A stretch of DNA of 64,000 bases from Minisyncoccota bacterium (GCA_036169735.1 JAVHNX010000033.1:27827-91826); one strand, 5' to 3'. Shown: positions 16,574-27,796, numbered from the stretch's first letter. A program made the numbers and translations. Notes: generated from the letters alone by a model not told the origin.

Positions 16574-18978
16574 TGAATAAAGAATTTCCTAAAAATGAAG
16601 AAGTTGTAACACTAGAGGCAAACGAAAACCCAGTAGTTTTAGCGATTGAAACAGAAAAAAGTGATCAAGAATTTGCTACTGAAATATTGTCAAAAATTGA
16701 AAATGAAATAAATTCTGAACCGTCATCGCAAGCTGAAATACAAAAAATTGATAACTCTGCTAAACTCAATAATCCTTCCATAAATGAAGAAATAAAAAAG
16801 GAGCTTGATCTTGAAAATAAATTAGGTGATTTGGATAATGAGATGAAAGTTTCTTGCAAAGAAACAAAATCAAAAATTTCTGAAATCAGCGGTTCTGGTA
16901 AAGAAAACCCATTAGAATTATCAGAATTTAGTAAAAGATATAGCACTTTTTACCGTAAACAAATTGCCCAAAAAATAAATAATTTAAGATTTAAATATCA
17001 GACCAAGTTACAGCAAAAGCCAGCCGAAATTGAATCCTCAAAACTTTCTATTTTGGATTTTCAGTCTTTAGTAGAAGAAACAAAAAATAAAAAGACAAGT
17101 GATGAAGAATCTCTAAAAAATCTTCAGGAGCAAAGAAAGATACTTGATTTAGAAATTGAAGAACTAAAAAATAACTTAAATAAAAGAAAAAACTCTTTTG
17201 TTTATAAAATTCGGGAAAAATTTATTTTTAATAAACTTTCTCAGGAAGCCTTTGAGTTACTTCAGTCTGAGGGAATAACGAAAGAGGGCATTAAAGAAAA
17301 GTTATATCAAAAAGATTTTGAAATATTTCAAACAATCAAAGAGAAAAAAGAAGATTTTGACAAACTAGATACTTCTTTACAGAACAAAGAACAAGAAATA
17401 AAAGATAAAAACACATTATTGAAAGAATTAAAAACTTCGATAGAAAATAAATATAAATCAATAAACGAAGCTGAGGAGATCATGAATAGCGATTTTGAAA
17501 TAAAAGAGATAGAAAAAACTATCACAGATTTTTATAGTGAAATGTCAACCCAGAAAAAAAATATCGAAGCTGGAAAAAAAGAAAGGAGTATAGCTGAAAT
17601 TTCAAAAGAAAAAGATGTTTTGTTTTTACACTCAATTCCACTGGAAATTGTAATCGGCAATAGTTTTTCGCAAAATAATCGTTTAGTTGAAACAAATAAA
17701 TTTGGACCAGAAGAAAAAATTAAAATGATTTTGGGAGTTGAACCAACTATTTCTGTTTCTACGATAAATAAGGAAAATCAGACGCTTGTTGGTAATTTCG
17801 GTTTAATTTTTAAGGAAGGGGTAGTATTAAGCGCTTATGCTGGGGATGCCGGCACTTTACTTGATGAAGGGGTCTATAATAGAAAGTCAAAATATGATCA
17901 TAGTTTGCAAACTTCAACAATACAACAAGATATTGGAACAAATTTAGTTCATGCTGTCGGTCATTTACAAAAAAGAGATCCTAAAAGCAATAGTAGTGTG
18001 GAAAGTATGGATCAAGGGTGGAATGAATTAGTTATTGAAAACCCGCAAGCAGCTGGGTTGTTTTATCAAAAAGATAATACTCATCAAATGCCCGGTGACT
18101 TAGCTAAAGCGAAGTATATAAGTAAACAATTAAATTTACCCTTATATATTCTAGATAAAGAAAAAATTTACCAAATAAATGAGGAAACAGAGGATTTAAA
18201 AGAGGTAAATAAGGAATATGTGTTCAGCTCCAGCAAATCTTTGTCAACAGTTGAAAGGAAAAATTTAGTAGAAGAAATGATAGACAAAGAGGCTTTTAAT
18301 AAAAAACTGGAAACTATTTATCAATTTAATGGATACAATGTCGGTAAGACATATTTTAAATTTATGAAAAGGTTTGACTCTGGAGAAAAAGTTTCTGTTG
18401 TACGTGTTGGAAAAAAAGAAGATCTTGAAGATAAAAATGAGATTCTAGAATTTTTTGATACATCTTTTGAAATTAAAACAACTGAGTTCGCAAAAGAACA
18501 GTGGGAACTTTTTGGGAAAAAAGAAGATTGGGAAAAATATGGAGCTTATTATTCTACCTACGACTCAGAGACTGTTTTTAGAACTCAATTTAGTGGTCTA
18601 GCAGTATGGGAACCACATGCAGAATTTATAGTTGAAAGTGATAATATTTCATCGTATATAAATATGGCAGAAAAAGAACTTGAGCGGTTATCAGAACAAG
18701 GAAAAGAATTAAAGAAAGAAGATGGGGACGTTGGTCAAATACCAATAAGAAAAAAATCAGTATTGTTTATTCTTTTTGGGTTTATGGAGGAATGTAAAAA
18801 AGCTGGAGATATTAAAAATTATGAAAAAGCAAAAAATGTAATAGAAAAATTTGGTAATATCAATGAGTGTGAAACTTTTGTTAATAAAAGAGTAGGACAA
18901 GATGGAAAATTTCAATATTTAAACGAAGATGTTCCGATTGAAATTAGAAAAAAAATAAAAGAATTAGACAATGTATAG
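16573..18978 (+). CDS. Large hypothetical protein: coiled-coil N-half, globular C-half
   Basis: 801-aa ORF; E/K-rich heptads, then FLHSIP...ISVST...GDAGT...WNELVIENP. Confidence 0.8.
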   Translation: MNKEFPKNEEVVTLEANENPVVLAIETEKSDQEFATEILSKIENEINSEPSSQAEIQKIDNSAKLNNPSINEEIKKELDLENKLGDLDNEMKVSCKETKSKISEISGSGKENPLELSEFSKRYSTFYRKQIAQKINNLRFKYQTKLQQKPAEIESSKLSILDFQSLVEETKNKKTSDEESLKNLQEQRKILDLEIEELKNNLNKRKNSFVYKIREKFIFNKLSQEAFELLQSEGITKEGIKEKLYQKDFEIFQTIKEKKEDFDKLDTSLQNKEQEIKDKNTLLKELKTSIENKYKSINEAEEIMNSDFEIKEIEKTITDFYSEMSTQKKNIEAGKKERSIAEISKEKDVLFLHSIPLEIVIGNSFSQNNRLVETNKFGPEEKIKMILGVEPTISVSTINKENQTLVGNFGLIFKEGVVLSAYAGDAGTLLDEGVYNRKSKYDHSLQTSTIQQDIGTNLVHAVGHLQKRDPKSNSSVESMDQGWNELVIENPQAAGLFYQKDNTHQMPGDLAKAKYISKQLNLPLYILDKEKIYQINEETEDLKEVNKEYVFSSSKSLSTVERKNLVEEMIDKEAFNKKLETIYQFNGYNVGKTYFKFMKRFDSGEKVSVVRVGKKEDLEDKNEILEFFDTSFEIKTTEFAKEQWELFGKKEDWEKYGAYYSTYDSETVFRTQFSGLAVWEPHAEFIVESDNISSYINMAEKELERLSEQGKELKKEDGDVGQIPIRKKSVLFILFGFMEECKKAGDIKNYEKAKNVIEKFGNINECETFVNKRVGQDGKFQYLNEDVPIEIRKKIKELDNV

Positions 18979-19031
18979 GTTTTTACCCTAGAACATTCAT
19001 AAAATTATCTGAAGTATGATAATATATAAAT

Positions 19032-20042
19032 ATGAAAAAAGATGACGTAAAAATAGTATTAACAGGTGATAGACCCACAGGAAAGCTTCATTTAGGGCAT
19101 TTTGTAGGCTCTATTCAGAATAGATTGGTGCTTCAGGAGGAAGCTTCTAAGTCCTTTTATATGGTGGCTGATATGCAAGCGTTTACTGATAATGCCGATA
19201 ACCCAGAAAAAATAAGAATAAACACCTTGGAAGTAGCCTTAGATAACCTAGCTTGTGGACTTGATCCAAAAAAGACCACGATGTTTGTACAGTCACAGAT
19301 ACCAGAAATATCTGAATTAGCTATTTTATTTCTAAACTTAGTAAGTTTGGCTCGATTAAAAAGAAACCCAACAGTAAAAGCAGAGATGCAACAAAAAGGT
19401 TTTGGTGAAGATGTGCCAGCTGGATTTTTAGTTTATCCAATATCACAAGCCGCAGATATTCTTTTTGCAAAAGCAAATATGATTCCTGTGGGCGAAGATC
19501 AGAAGCCTGTGATAGAGCAAGTAAATGAAATAGTGGATATTTTCAACCGTCTCTATGGGGATACATTTAATCATGTGTCATGTTTGATTGGAGACACACC
19601 AAGGCTTGTTGGAACAGATGGTAATGCAAAAATGTCTAAGTCTTTGAATAATGGAATTTATCTTTCTGACTCTGATGAAGTGATAGAAAAAAAAGTAATG
19701 GAAATGTACACAGACCCGAATCATATTCATGTGCAGGATCCAGGCAAGGTAGAAGGTAATGTTGTATTTATGTATCTTGATATTTTTGATGAAGACAAAA
19801 AAGCTGTCGCAGAATTAAAAAAAGAATATGAAAAAGGTGGACTTGGTGATGTAAAGATTAAAAAACATTTAGCAAAAGTTTTATCTAGTTTAATAACTCC
19901 TATCAGAGAAAGAAGAGAAAAGCTCGCAGAAAATCCTAAAGCTGTTATGGAAATACTTGAAGAAGGTACAAAGAAAGCACGCGAGGAAGCGATCAAGACC
20001 TTAAACGAAGTACGTAGAGCTATGAAGATAGATTTCTTCTAA
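19032..20042 (+). CDS. trpS: Tryptophan--tRNA ligase
   Basis: TGDRPTGKLHLGH, YPISQAADI, PVGEDQ, KMSKS. Confidence 0.97.
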   Translation: MKKDDVKIVLTGDRPTGKLHLGHFVGSIQNRLVLQEEASKSFYMVADMQAFTDNADNPEKIRINTLEVALDNLACGLDPKKTTMFVQSQIPEISELAILFLNLVSLARLKRNPTVKAEMQQKGFGEDVPAGFLVYPISQAADILFAKANMIPVGEDQKPVIEQVNEIVDIFNRLYGDTFNHVSCLIGDTPRLVGTDGNAKMSKSLNNGIYLSDSDEVIEKKVMEMYTDPNHIHVQDPGKVEGNVVFMYLDIFDEDKKAVAELKKEYEKGGLGDVKIKKHLAKVLSSLITPIRERREKLAENPKAVMEILEEGTKKAREEAIKTLNEVRRAMKIDFF

Positions 20043-20047
20043 AGAAT

Positions 20048-21862
20048 ATGAAAAAACAAAATAATAAAAAAAGCTTTATTGCTCAAATATTGCAGCTTTT
20101 CCGTCCATTTCGAAAATATGTTTTCATTGTTCTTTTTATATTAATTATTATTCAATTGGTTGGTACTTTGGCTCCTTATTTAATTGGTAAAAGTATTGAT
20201 GCTGTTACTAGAGGAAATATTTCCTTAACTTTTTATCTTTTATTTTTTTCATTTTTAATAGCTGTTTTTCAATCTGTATTTTTATGGTGGTTGAAGGAAC
20301 ATATAGAAATAAAAAAGTTAGATAGTAATATTTTAAAATCTTTTTCGATATCTTCTCTGAATAAGATGCTCCAGTTTTCTATTGGTCAGCATACCAATGA
20401 ACACTCGGGTGTAAAACAAACTATTGTAAATAAAGGACAAAATTCTTTAAGTAATTTGGTTGAAACAGTATTTTATAATTTAGTCCCAAACTTGATTCAA
20501 GTCCTCGTTACTCTAATAATATTGGCTATATTTGATTGGAGAATAGCTTCTATTGCGTTCGTTTTTTCTGCTGTTTATATTATTATTTCTAATAAAAGAA
20601 ACTTACGTATTTATCCAATAGTAGATCAACTTAGGAAAAAACATCAATCTCAAGGAAAAATAGAATCAGAATTATATAGAAATTCTACTCTAGTTATTTC
20701 AGAAGCTCAGGAGCTAAATACAACAAAAAAATTTCAGGGTTTTTGGGATGTAATTACAGATTCTGAAATAAAAACTTGGACTAATTATTTAAAGACTTTT
20801 TATCCACAAAAGATATTTATAATAGTTGGACAATACATTTGTTTAGCTCTCGGTTTGTACTTTATTATTATTGGAGAGCATTCCATAGGTATGATTGTCG
20901 CTCTTTTTGCTTGGGTTGGTACTATTTTTGGAAATCTAACAAATATTATGAGTACACAAAGAAGAATCTTATTTCAAATAGTTGAAATTAAAAAATATTT
21001 TGATTTATTGGATATTGCTCCAGATATTGACTCGAATCCAAATGGAATAATCTTAGAAAATTTAAAAGGCGAAATAGAATTCAAAAATGTAAACTTCGCA
21101 TATCCTTATCGTAAATCAGCAAAGCAAGAAGAAGATGAAGAAGAGGTTGAAGAAAAAGAAGAAGACCATACAGTTTCCGGTATAAATTTTATTATTCCGG
21201 CAGGAGCCAAGATTGGTTTTGTTGGCATGTCTGGTTCTGGAAAGACTACAATTGTGAATCTGCTCAGAAGATATTACGAAGTAACAAGTGGAGAGATATT
21301 AATTGATGGCATTAATATTAAAGATATAAATTTGAAATGGCTTCGTTCCAATATAGGAAATGTTGAACAAAAAATTGATTTGTTCGATATCTCTATTAAA
21401 GACAATATTTTATTTGGATTACCAGTGGATAAAAAAAATATTGATGACAAAAAATTACAGAAAACAATAAAAGATGCATCGTTAACTGGTTTTGTTGAGA
21501 AATTAAAAGACCATGGTTTAGATACAATGATAGGAGAGGGTGGAATAAAAGTTTCTGGTGGAGAAAGACAAAGAATAGGTATTGCAAGAGCTTTGATAAA
21601 GGATCCTAAAATTCTTATTTTTGACGAAGCGACAAGCGCTCTGGATTCATATAATGAAAAATTAATTCACAAAGCAATAAATCATGGAGCAAAAGGTAGG
21701 ACTACAATCATCATTGCCCATCGTCTTTCTACTATCGCTGATGCTGATAAAATCTTTGTTGTGGCTGATGGAAAAATAGTCGGAGAGGGAACTCACACTA
21801 AACTTTCAAAATCTTGTAAACAATATAAAGAGTTATTAAAACACCAGCTTTTTGGGGTTTAA
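20048..21862 (+). CDS. ABC exporter, fused permease/ATP-binding subunit
   Basis: About 6 TM helices, GMSGSGKTT, VSGGERQR, ILIFDEATSALD, AHRL. Confidence 0.92.
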   Translation: MKKQNNKKSFIAQILQLFRPFRKYVFIVLFILIIIQLVGTLAPYLIGKSIDAVTRGNISLTFYLLFFSFLIAVFQSVFLWWLKEHIEIKKLDSNILKSFSISSLNKMLQFSIGQHTNEHSGVKQTIVNKGQNSLSNLVETVFYNLVPNLIQVLVTLIILAIFDWRIASIAFVFSAVYIIISNKRNLRIYPIVDQLRKKHQSQGKIESELYRNSTLVISEAQELNTTKKFQGFWDVITDSEIKTWTNYLKTFYPQKIFIIVGQYICLALGLYFIIIGEHSIGMIVALFAWVGTIFGNLTNIMSTQRRILFQIVEIKKYFDLLDIAPDIDSNPNGIILENLKGEIEFKNVNFAYPYRKSAKQEEDEEEVEEKEEDHTVSGINFIIPAGAKIGFVGMSGSGKTTIVNLLRRYYEVTSGEILIDGINIKDINLKWLRSNIGNVEQKIDLFDISIKDNILFGLPVDKKNIDDKKLQKTIKDASLTGFVEKLKDHGLDTMIGEGGIKVSGGERQRIGIARALIKDPKILIFDEATSALDSYNEKLIHKAINHGAKGRTTIIIAHRLSTIADADKIFVVADGKIVGEGTHTKLSKSCKQYKELLKHQLFGV

Positions 21863-21962
21863 AAATTAAATATTTTGTGTTGACTTATCACTTTATTCTA
21901 TGTAGTATTTAGTTATAAATTTTCTTTTAAAATAATTAAATATTCACTAAAACCACTATAGT

Positions 21963-22970
21963 ATGAACGGAAAGTCTAATAATCCTTACCCCAAGAAGGT
22001 ATTTGTATTTGGAAACAATACAAAACTTGGTGAAGAAGTAGCAATAGCTTTGGAGGATACTCTATCAAGCTACGACATTAAAATCTTTAAAGACGGAGAA
22101 CGTCTCCCTCATCAAATTGAAACAGTGCGCAGTTGTGATGTATTCATTGTTTTTACAAGCCAGAATGGATCTGAAACTGGTAAATGGCTTATGGATTATT
22201 TACGTTTTGTTCGTGCTATTAAAATGGGACATCCCCATCGTATAACTGTAATTTTGCCTAAATTGCCGCACCAAAGACAAGATGTTGCGAATCACAAGTT
22301 GCGTGAACCAAAAATGTCGGATTTTTATCCGGATTTATTAAAAGCAGCTGGTGCAGATTATATTATAGTTTGCAAACTGCATAACCCAGCAAGCTGTACT
22401 AGTGTTCCACCAATGGATAATGTTGACACCACTTTTTTAATTGTTAACTATATTCGTGAAAATTTTCCTGATTTGTCAAAAGTGGCAATTGCTTCGGGTG
22501 ATATGGGTGGAGCAAAATATGCAAGATCAATTGCAGATAAATTTGATACACCGCTTATTATTACAGACAAAGAGCGCGACTCAGTTTCTGGTAAGACAAA
22601 AGTAATGAAAGTTTACACTTATGGTGAAATCTCTCAACAAATTGATACTGTGATATTTGTTGACGATATAATAAGTACTTTTGGTACCCTGGGTAAAGGA
22701 GCTGAAGCTCTTAGTAAACAGCACCCGGGTATAACTGAATTTTATGCGGCTGCAACTCATGCGGATTTCTGTGAGGAAACTTTGCACAATGTTATTGATT
22801 CAAAATTTAAAGAAGTGTGGGTAACAGATACTGTGCCAGTACATAATTCATTTATATCTGGACTTAACAATTATGGAAAAAAAATCGTTTTTATTTCCGT
22901 AGCAAAGCTTATTGCTAAAGTTATTGATAATGTTCATGACGGTCAACCCATATCAGCTTTATGGGAATAA
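21963..22970 (+). CDS. prs: Ribose-phosphate pyrophosphokinase
   Basis: FKDGE, RQD, DMGG, VDDIISTFGT, ATH, VTDTVP. Confidence 0.88.
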   Translation: MNGKSNNPYPKKVFVFGNNTKLGEEVAIALEDTLSSYDIKIFKDGERLPHQIETVRSCDVFIVFTSQNGSETGKWLMDYLRFVRAIKMGHPHRITVILPKLPHQRQDVANHKLREPKMSDFYPDLLKAAGADYIIVCKLHNPASCTSVPPMDNVDTTFLIVNYIRENFPDLSKVAIASGDMGGAKYARSIADKFDTPLIITDKERDSVSGKTKVMKVYTYGEISQQIDTVIFVDDIISTFGTLGKGAEALSKQHPGITEFYAAATHADFCEETLHNVIDSKFKEVWVTDTVPVHNSFISGLNNYGKKIVFISVAKLIAKVIDNVHDGQPISALWE

Positions 22971-22989
22971 TCTAAGTTTTTAATCTTTT

Positions 22990-23024
22990 AAGGGAAACTA
23001 TACTAGTATAGTTTCCCTTTTTTT
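22990..23024 (+). terminator. Terminator built on a perfect 30-bp palindrome
   Basis: aagggaaactatactagtatagtttccctt followed by a T-run. Confidence 0.75.
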
Positions 23025-23093
23025 ATTTCTTATTTTATGTTAAATTTAATACGTCACATTATAAGAAATCACACGATATAATTCACAAAACCA

Positions 23094-24431
23094 ATGCAAA
23101 ACAGAACATATATTAAAGATTTAGATAAGAAAGTCGGAGAAGAAGTTATTTTGGCTGGATGGGTAAATATCCGTCGCGATCAAGGTAAAATGGTTTTTTT
23201 TGATATTCGTGATATGACCGGAAAAATTCAATGTGTCACACTTCCAAACAGTGAAGGTATTACACAAGCTAAAGAAATTCGTCCAGAATGGGTTTTGAAG
23301 GTAACTGGTAAAATAAACGCTCGTCCTGAAAAAAATGTTAATAAAGATATACAGAATGGAACTATTGAACTTGAAGTTCTGCAAATTGAAGTTTTAGCAG
23401 AAGCTGCAACACTTCCTTTTGATATGTCACTTGAAGGATACAACTTAGACCTTGTTACTGAATTGGATAACCGAGCTTTGGCTATCAGACATCCCAAAAA
23501 CCAAGCAATATTTAAAATCAAAGAAACCGTTATTGATTCTTTTAGAGAATTCATGAAACAAAATATGTTTTTTGAATTTCAGGCTCCTAGTATTGTACCT
23601 GCTACAGCCGAAGGTGGTGCAGAAGTTTTTCAAGTTAATTATTTTGATAAGAAAGCATTTCTTTCTCAATCTCCTCAACTTTACAAACAAATAGTAATGT
23701 CAGCATTTGAAAGATGTTACTCTGTGAATAAGGTCTTTAGAGCTGAGCCTAGTACAACAACTCGACACTTAACAGAAATAATATCTCTCGATGCTGAAAT
23801 GGGTTTTATTGATGGTTGGAAAGATGTACGTGATATGGCTGAAGGCACTATCCGCCATATTTTGGAACAAATAAAAGAAAAGAACGCAGAACATTTAAAA
23901 ATACTTAAAGTGGAACTGCCTGTGATGATAGAATACACACCAACAATGTCATTAACTGAAGCTCACCAAAAAATATTTGATATATACGGAAGAGATAATA
24001 GAGGAGATAAAGACCTAAGTTCACAAGACGAAGTGGAAATTTCTGAAATAGTTAAAAAAGAAACTGGTTCTGATTTTGTTTTCGTTTACGGTTACCCAAC
24101 ACGCCAAAAACCTTTTTATGTTTTTCCAAGTGAAGAAAATCCCGAATTTAATGAAGGAGTAGATTTGGTTTGTCGTGGACGTGAATTGTTGAGTGGAGGA
24201 AGAAGAATAAACAAATATGACCAGCTTATGGAACATGTGAAAATATGGGATATGGATCCAAACAAAATAAAAATGTTCTTGGATGCTTTTAAATATGGAG
24301 TACCACCCGAAGGAGGCTTCGCTTTTGGTGCAGAACGTATTACTATGCAATTTTTAAACCTCGCAAATGTTCGTGAAGCATGTCTTTTTCCTCGAGACAT
24401 GAATAGAATAGATGAAAGTCTTTCTGAATAA
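23094..24431 (+). CDS. aspS: Aspartate--tRNA ligase (short, likely non-discriminating type)
   Basis: OB-fold GWV..RDQG, EGGAEVF, LSQSPQLYKQ, FRAE, GVPPEGGFAFGAER; no GAD insertion. Confidence 0.9.
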   Translation: MQNRTYIKDLDKKVGEEVILAGWVNIRRDQGKMVFFDIRDMTGKIQCVTLPNSEGITQAKEIRPEWVLKVTGKINARPEKNVNKDIQNGTIELEVLQIEVLAEAATLPFDMSLEGYNLDLVTELDNRALAIRHPKNQAIFKIKETVIDSFREFMKQNMFFEFQAPSIVPATAEGGAEVFQVNYFDKKAFLSQSPQLYKQIVMSAFERCYSVNKVFRAEPSTTTRHLTEIISLDAEMGFIDGWKDVRDMAEGTIRHILEQIKEKNAEHLKILKVELPVMIEYTPTMSLTEAHQKIFDIYGRDNRGDKDLSSQDEVEISEIVKKETGSDFVFVYGYPTRQKPFYVFPSEENPEFNEGVDLVCRGRELLSGGRRINKYDQLMEHVKIWDMDPNKIKMFLDAFKYGVPPEGGFAFGAERITMQFLNLANVREACLFPRDMNRIDESLSE

Positions 24432-24479
24432 AGTAGCCGCGCTTTAATCGTCGTTGCGCGGCATAATTTCGCAAAATTA

Positions 24480-27044
24480 ATGATAAAAAAATCCAAGGTA
24501 AGATTAGCTAAACATATCTTTCCATTACACTATGAGATAACCTTAAGGCCTGATTTGGAAGCGCATACATTTTCAGGGGATGAAATAATTCAAATAAATA
24601 CAGACAAGGCTGTTAAAGAAATTACTCTTCATTCAAAAGAATTAAATATTAGTAGTGCAGAAATTATTTCTGGTAAAGAAAAAATTCTAGCTAGTAAGAT
24701 TACTTATAACACTGGACTAGAAACTGTTACTTTTGTTTTTTCAAAAAAAATAAATAAAGGTAAAATTATGCTCCATATACACTTCCTGGGAATCCTTGCA
24801 GATAATATGCGTGGATTTTACAAGAGTAAATATATCGTAGATGGAAAAGAACGTTTTATGGCGACGACTCAATTTGAGGCTACAGATGCACGTCGTTGTA
24901 TTCCTTGTTTTGATGAACCTTCTCAAAAGGCAGTTTTTAAAGTGCACCTAGTTATCCCAAATGACAAAACTGCTATTTCAAATACTTTACCATCAATAAT
25001 AAAAGAGCATGATGCAGGTTTTAAAATTGTCTCTTTTGATGAAACACCTAAAATGTCTACTTATCTCTTGGCTTTTATTGTTGGAGATTTTGAGTGGATA
25101 GAGAAAAAAACAAAGTCAGGAGTATTGGTTCGTGTAATGACTATCCCAGGTAAAAAACATCAAGCTTCTTTTTCTCTTGATGTAACAGTGCGTTGTTTAG
25201 AATTTTATGAAAAATATTTTAATATTCCTTACCCTCTAAATACTCTCGATATGATTGCAATTCCAGATTTCTCTGCACTTGCTATGGAGAACTGGGGAGC
25301 AATTACTTTCCGCGAGGTTGGACTCTTGGTTGATGAAAAAAATACTTCTACAGCTTCAAAAGAACTTGTTGCTATTGTTATTGCTCATGAACTGGCTCAT
25401 CAGTGGTTTGGTAATTTAGTAACCATGGAATGGTGGACACATTTATGGCTCAATGAAGGGTTTGCTTCTTATATCCCATACCTTGCTATTAGTGAACTTT
25501 TCCCTGAATGGAACATTTGGGAACAATTTGCGACAGATGATTTGGCTATAGCTCTAAAGTTAGATGCATTAAATAATACCCATCCAATCGAAATTGATGT
25601 TCATAATCCAGATGAAATTGGTGAAATTTTTGATGCAGTTTCTTATAGTAAAGGTGCGACAGTCATCCGTATGCTCGCTGATTATTTAGGAGAGGAGAGT
25701 TTTCGTGATGGTCTTCGATATTATTTAAAAAAGCATAGTTATAAAAATGCTTCGACGATACATCTCTGGGATGCACTTGAAAAAGTTTCCAAAAGACCAG
25801 TTAAAAAAATGATGACTATTTGGACTTTGAAATCTGGCTACCCAGTTATTTCAATAAAAGAAAAAGGGGATAAATTAGAAATTTCTCAAGAAAGATATTT
25901 TTCAAGTGAGGGAAGCAGAAAAGCTAGTAAAGATAAAACAGTTTGGCCTATTCCACTTTCTGTTGTGACAAAAAATGGTGAACAAAAATTACCATTAATG
26001 ACGTCAAAAAAGATAAATATACCAAAATTATCTGATGATTGGTTTAAGTTTAATTTTAATGAAAGTGGTCTTTATAGGACGAATTACGACGCAAAAATAC
26101 TAAAAGCTTTAAGTGAACCAATAAAACAGAAAAAAATATCTAGTGTTGATAGACTTGGGATTATCCGTGATTTATTTGCTTTTGGAGAAGCAGGAATAAT
26201 ACCTTCAACACAAGTTTTTGAAACTTGTTTGCTTTATAAAGATGAAAAGGAATATGTTGTTTGGATTGAAATAATTTCTGGGCTTCGTTATATCGCTAGT
26301 TTATTAGCTGGATCAAAAAATGAAGAGTTATTTAAAAAATATTCTCGTGAAATTTTGTCGAATATTGTGTCTCACGTTGGTTGGAAAAATAAAAAAGATG
26401 AAACTCATAATGAATCACTTCTTCGACCACTTATTTTAGGTGCTGGTTCATATTTTGGAGATAAAAAAATAATAGCGGAAGCTAAAAAAATATTCAATAA
26501 TAGGAAAAAACAATCCATTGACGCTGATCTTCGTGGAATAGTTTATTCTACTTTTGTTCGTGAGGGTGGTGAAAAGGAATATAAAATAATTCTTAATATG
26601 TATAAAAATGAAATTATGCATGAAGAGAAAAACCGTCTGCTTGGAGCTCTCGGTTCATCACGCAATGAAAATTTATTAAAAAGAACCCTAGATTTTATTA
26701 TTACAGATGCAGTTCGTATGCAAGATAGAAATAGTGCTTTTGCAAGTGTTTTAGTAAACATTCATGGACGTATTATTGGTTGGGAGTTTTTAAAAAATAA
26801 TTGGAAAAATATAGGGGAGGCTTATGGAGAAGGTAATCACTTGCTTTCAAGATTAATTTCATTATTAAATCGTAATACAACCAAGGTTGCTTATAATGAT
26901 ATTAAAAAATTCTTTAAAACCCACAGTGCGCCGTCTGCTGATCGTACTATCCTTCAAACCTTAGAACATATTGATTCAAATATTATGTGGCTGAAAAGAG
27001 ATGAAAAGAAGATTAAATTATGGTTAAATAACTATTATGGATAA
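24480..27044 (+). CDS. M1-family aminopeptidase (PepN/puromycin-sensitive-like)
   Basis: TQFEATDARR, AMENWG, HELAHQWFGNLVT...WLNEGFA, YSKG. Confidence 0.93.
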   Translation: MIKKSKVRLAKHIFPLHYEITLRPDLEAHTFSGDEIIQINTDKAVKEITLHSKELNISSAEIISGKEKILASKITYNTGLETVTFVFSKKINKGKIMLHIHFLGILADNMRGFYKSKYIVDGKERFMATTQFEATDARRCIPCFDEPSQKAVFKVHLVIPNDKTAISNTLPSIIKEHDAGFKIVSFDETPKMSTYLLAFIVGDFEWIEKKTKSGVLVRVMTIPGKKHQASFSLDVTVRCLEFYEKYFNIPYPLNTLDMIAIPDFSALAMENWGAITFREVGLLVDEKNTSTASKELVAIVIAHELAHQWFGNLVTMEWWTHLWLNEGFASYIPYLAISELFPEWNIWEQFATDDLAIALKLDALNNTHPIEIDVHNPDEIGEIFDAVSYSKGATVIRMLADYLGEESFRDGLRYYLKKHSYKNASTIHLWDALEKVSKRPVKKMMTIWTLKSGYPVISIKEKGDKLEISQERYFSSEGSRKASKDKTVWPIPLSVVTKNGEQKLPLMTSKKINIPKLSDDWFKFNFNESGLYRTNYDAKILKALSEPIKQKKISSVDRLGIIRDLFAFGEAGIIPSTQVFETCLLYKDEKEYVVWIEIISGLRYIASLLAGSKNEELFKKYSREILSNIVSHVGWKNKKDETHNESLLRPLILGAGSYFGDKKIIAEAKKIFNNRKKQSIDADLRGIVYSTFVREGGEKEYKIILNMYKNEIMHEEKNRLLGALGSSRNENLLKRTLDFIITDAVRMQDRNSAFASVLVNIHGRIIGWEFLKNNWKNIGEAYGEGNHLLSRLISLLNRNTTKVAYNDIKKFFKTHSAPSADRTILQTLEHIDSNIMWLKRDEKKIKLWLNNYYG

Positions 27045-27792
27045 TGAAATTTTAGAAGATTCATATACCGTTAAAACACCAGGTTTTGAAGGACCTTTTG
27101 GCTTACTTTTAAGTCTTGTTGAAGCACGTAAACTTTTCATAAATGAAATTTCTTTGTCTAAAGTTACCGAAGATTATATTCAATATATGAATAAATTGGG
27201 TGGATTGACTCCGACTGAGATTTCCAATTTTATTATTGTCGCTGCAACTTTGATTCTTATTAAATCTAAGTCATTGTTGCCAAATTTAAACCTTACTTCT
27301 GAAGAAGTAAGTGATATTTCTAAGTTAGAAGACAGACTCCGTTTATATGGAGTATATATGAAACTTTCTGAAAATGTAAAAAACATGTTTGGAAAAAAAA
27401 TAATTTTCGCCCCACTAGAAAGGAAAAATGAAACTCTAGTATTTTTACCTGATAACCAGATTACAAAAGAAAGTATGATGCAGTTTGCTCGTGATTCTTT
27501 GGTTCGAGTTCCAAAGAAAGTCTTTTTACCGGAGGTTGAAATAAAGAAGGTTATGAGTATTGATGAAATGATAGATAAGCTGACAGAAAGAATTCAGAGT
27601 TCCATAAAAATGAACTTTAGAGAATTTGCTGGTGCAGCAGAGACCCGAGAAGAAAAGATTGTTGTAATTGTTGGATTTCTTGCTATGCTTGAATTAGTCC
27701 GAGGAGGAATCTTAAATGCCATACAAGAAAATAATTTTGAGGATATAATGATTGAAAAACAAGTTTTAATAATTAACGAAGATTTTGTATAA
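27037..27792 (+). CDS. scpA: Segregation/condensation protein A
   Basis: FEGPFGLLLSL, AATLILIKSKSLLP, FLAMLEL. Confidence 0.9.
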   Translation: MDNEILEDSYTVKTPGFEGPFGLLLSLVEARKLFINEISLSKVTEDYIQYMNKLGGLTPTEISNFIIVAATLILIKSKSLLPNLNLTSEEVSDISKLEDRLRLYGVYMKLSENVKNMFGKKIIFAPLERKNETLVFLPDNQITKESMMQFARDSLVRVPKKVFLPEVEIKKVMSIDEMIDKLTERIQSSIKMNFREFAGAAETREEKIVVIVGFLAMLELVRGGILNAIQENNFEDIMIEKQVLIINEDFV

Positions 27793-27796
27793 AAAC

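Noticed and set aside
22990-23019. Perfect palindromes at 22990 and 54929 as mobile elements
   Set aside because: Both sit directly after stop codons with T-tracts in the right orientation; ordinary terminators explain them.
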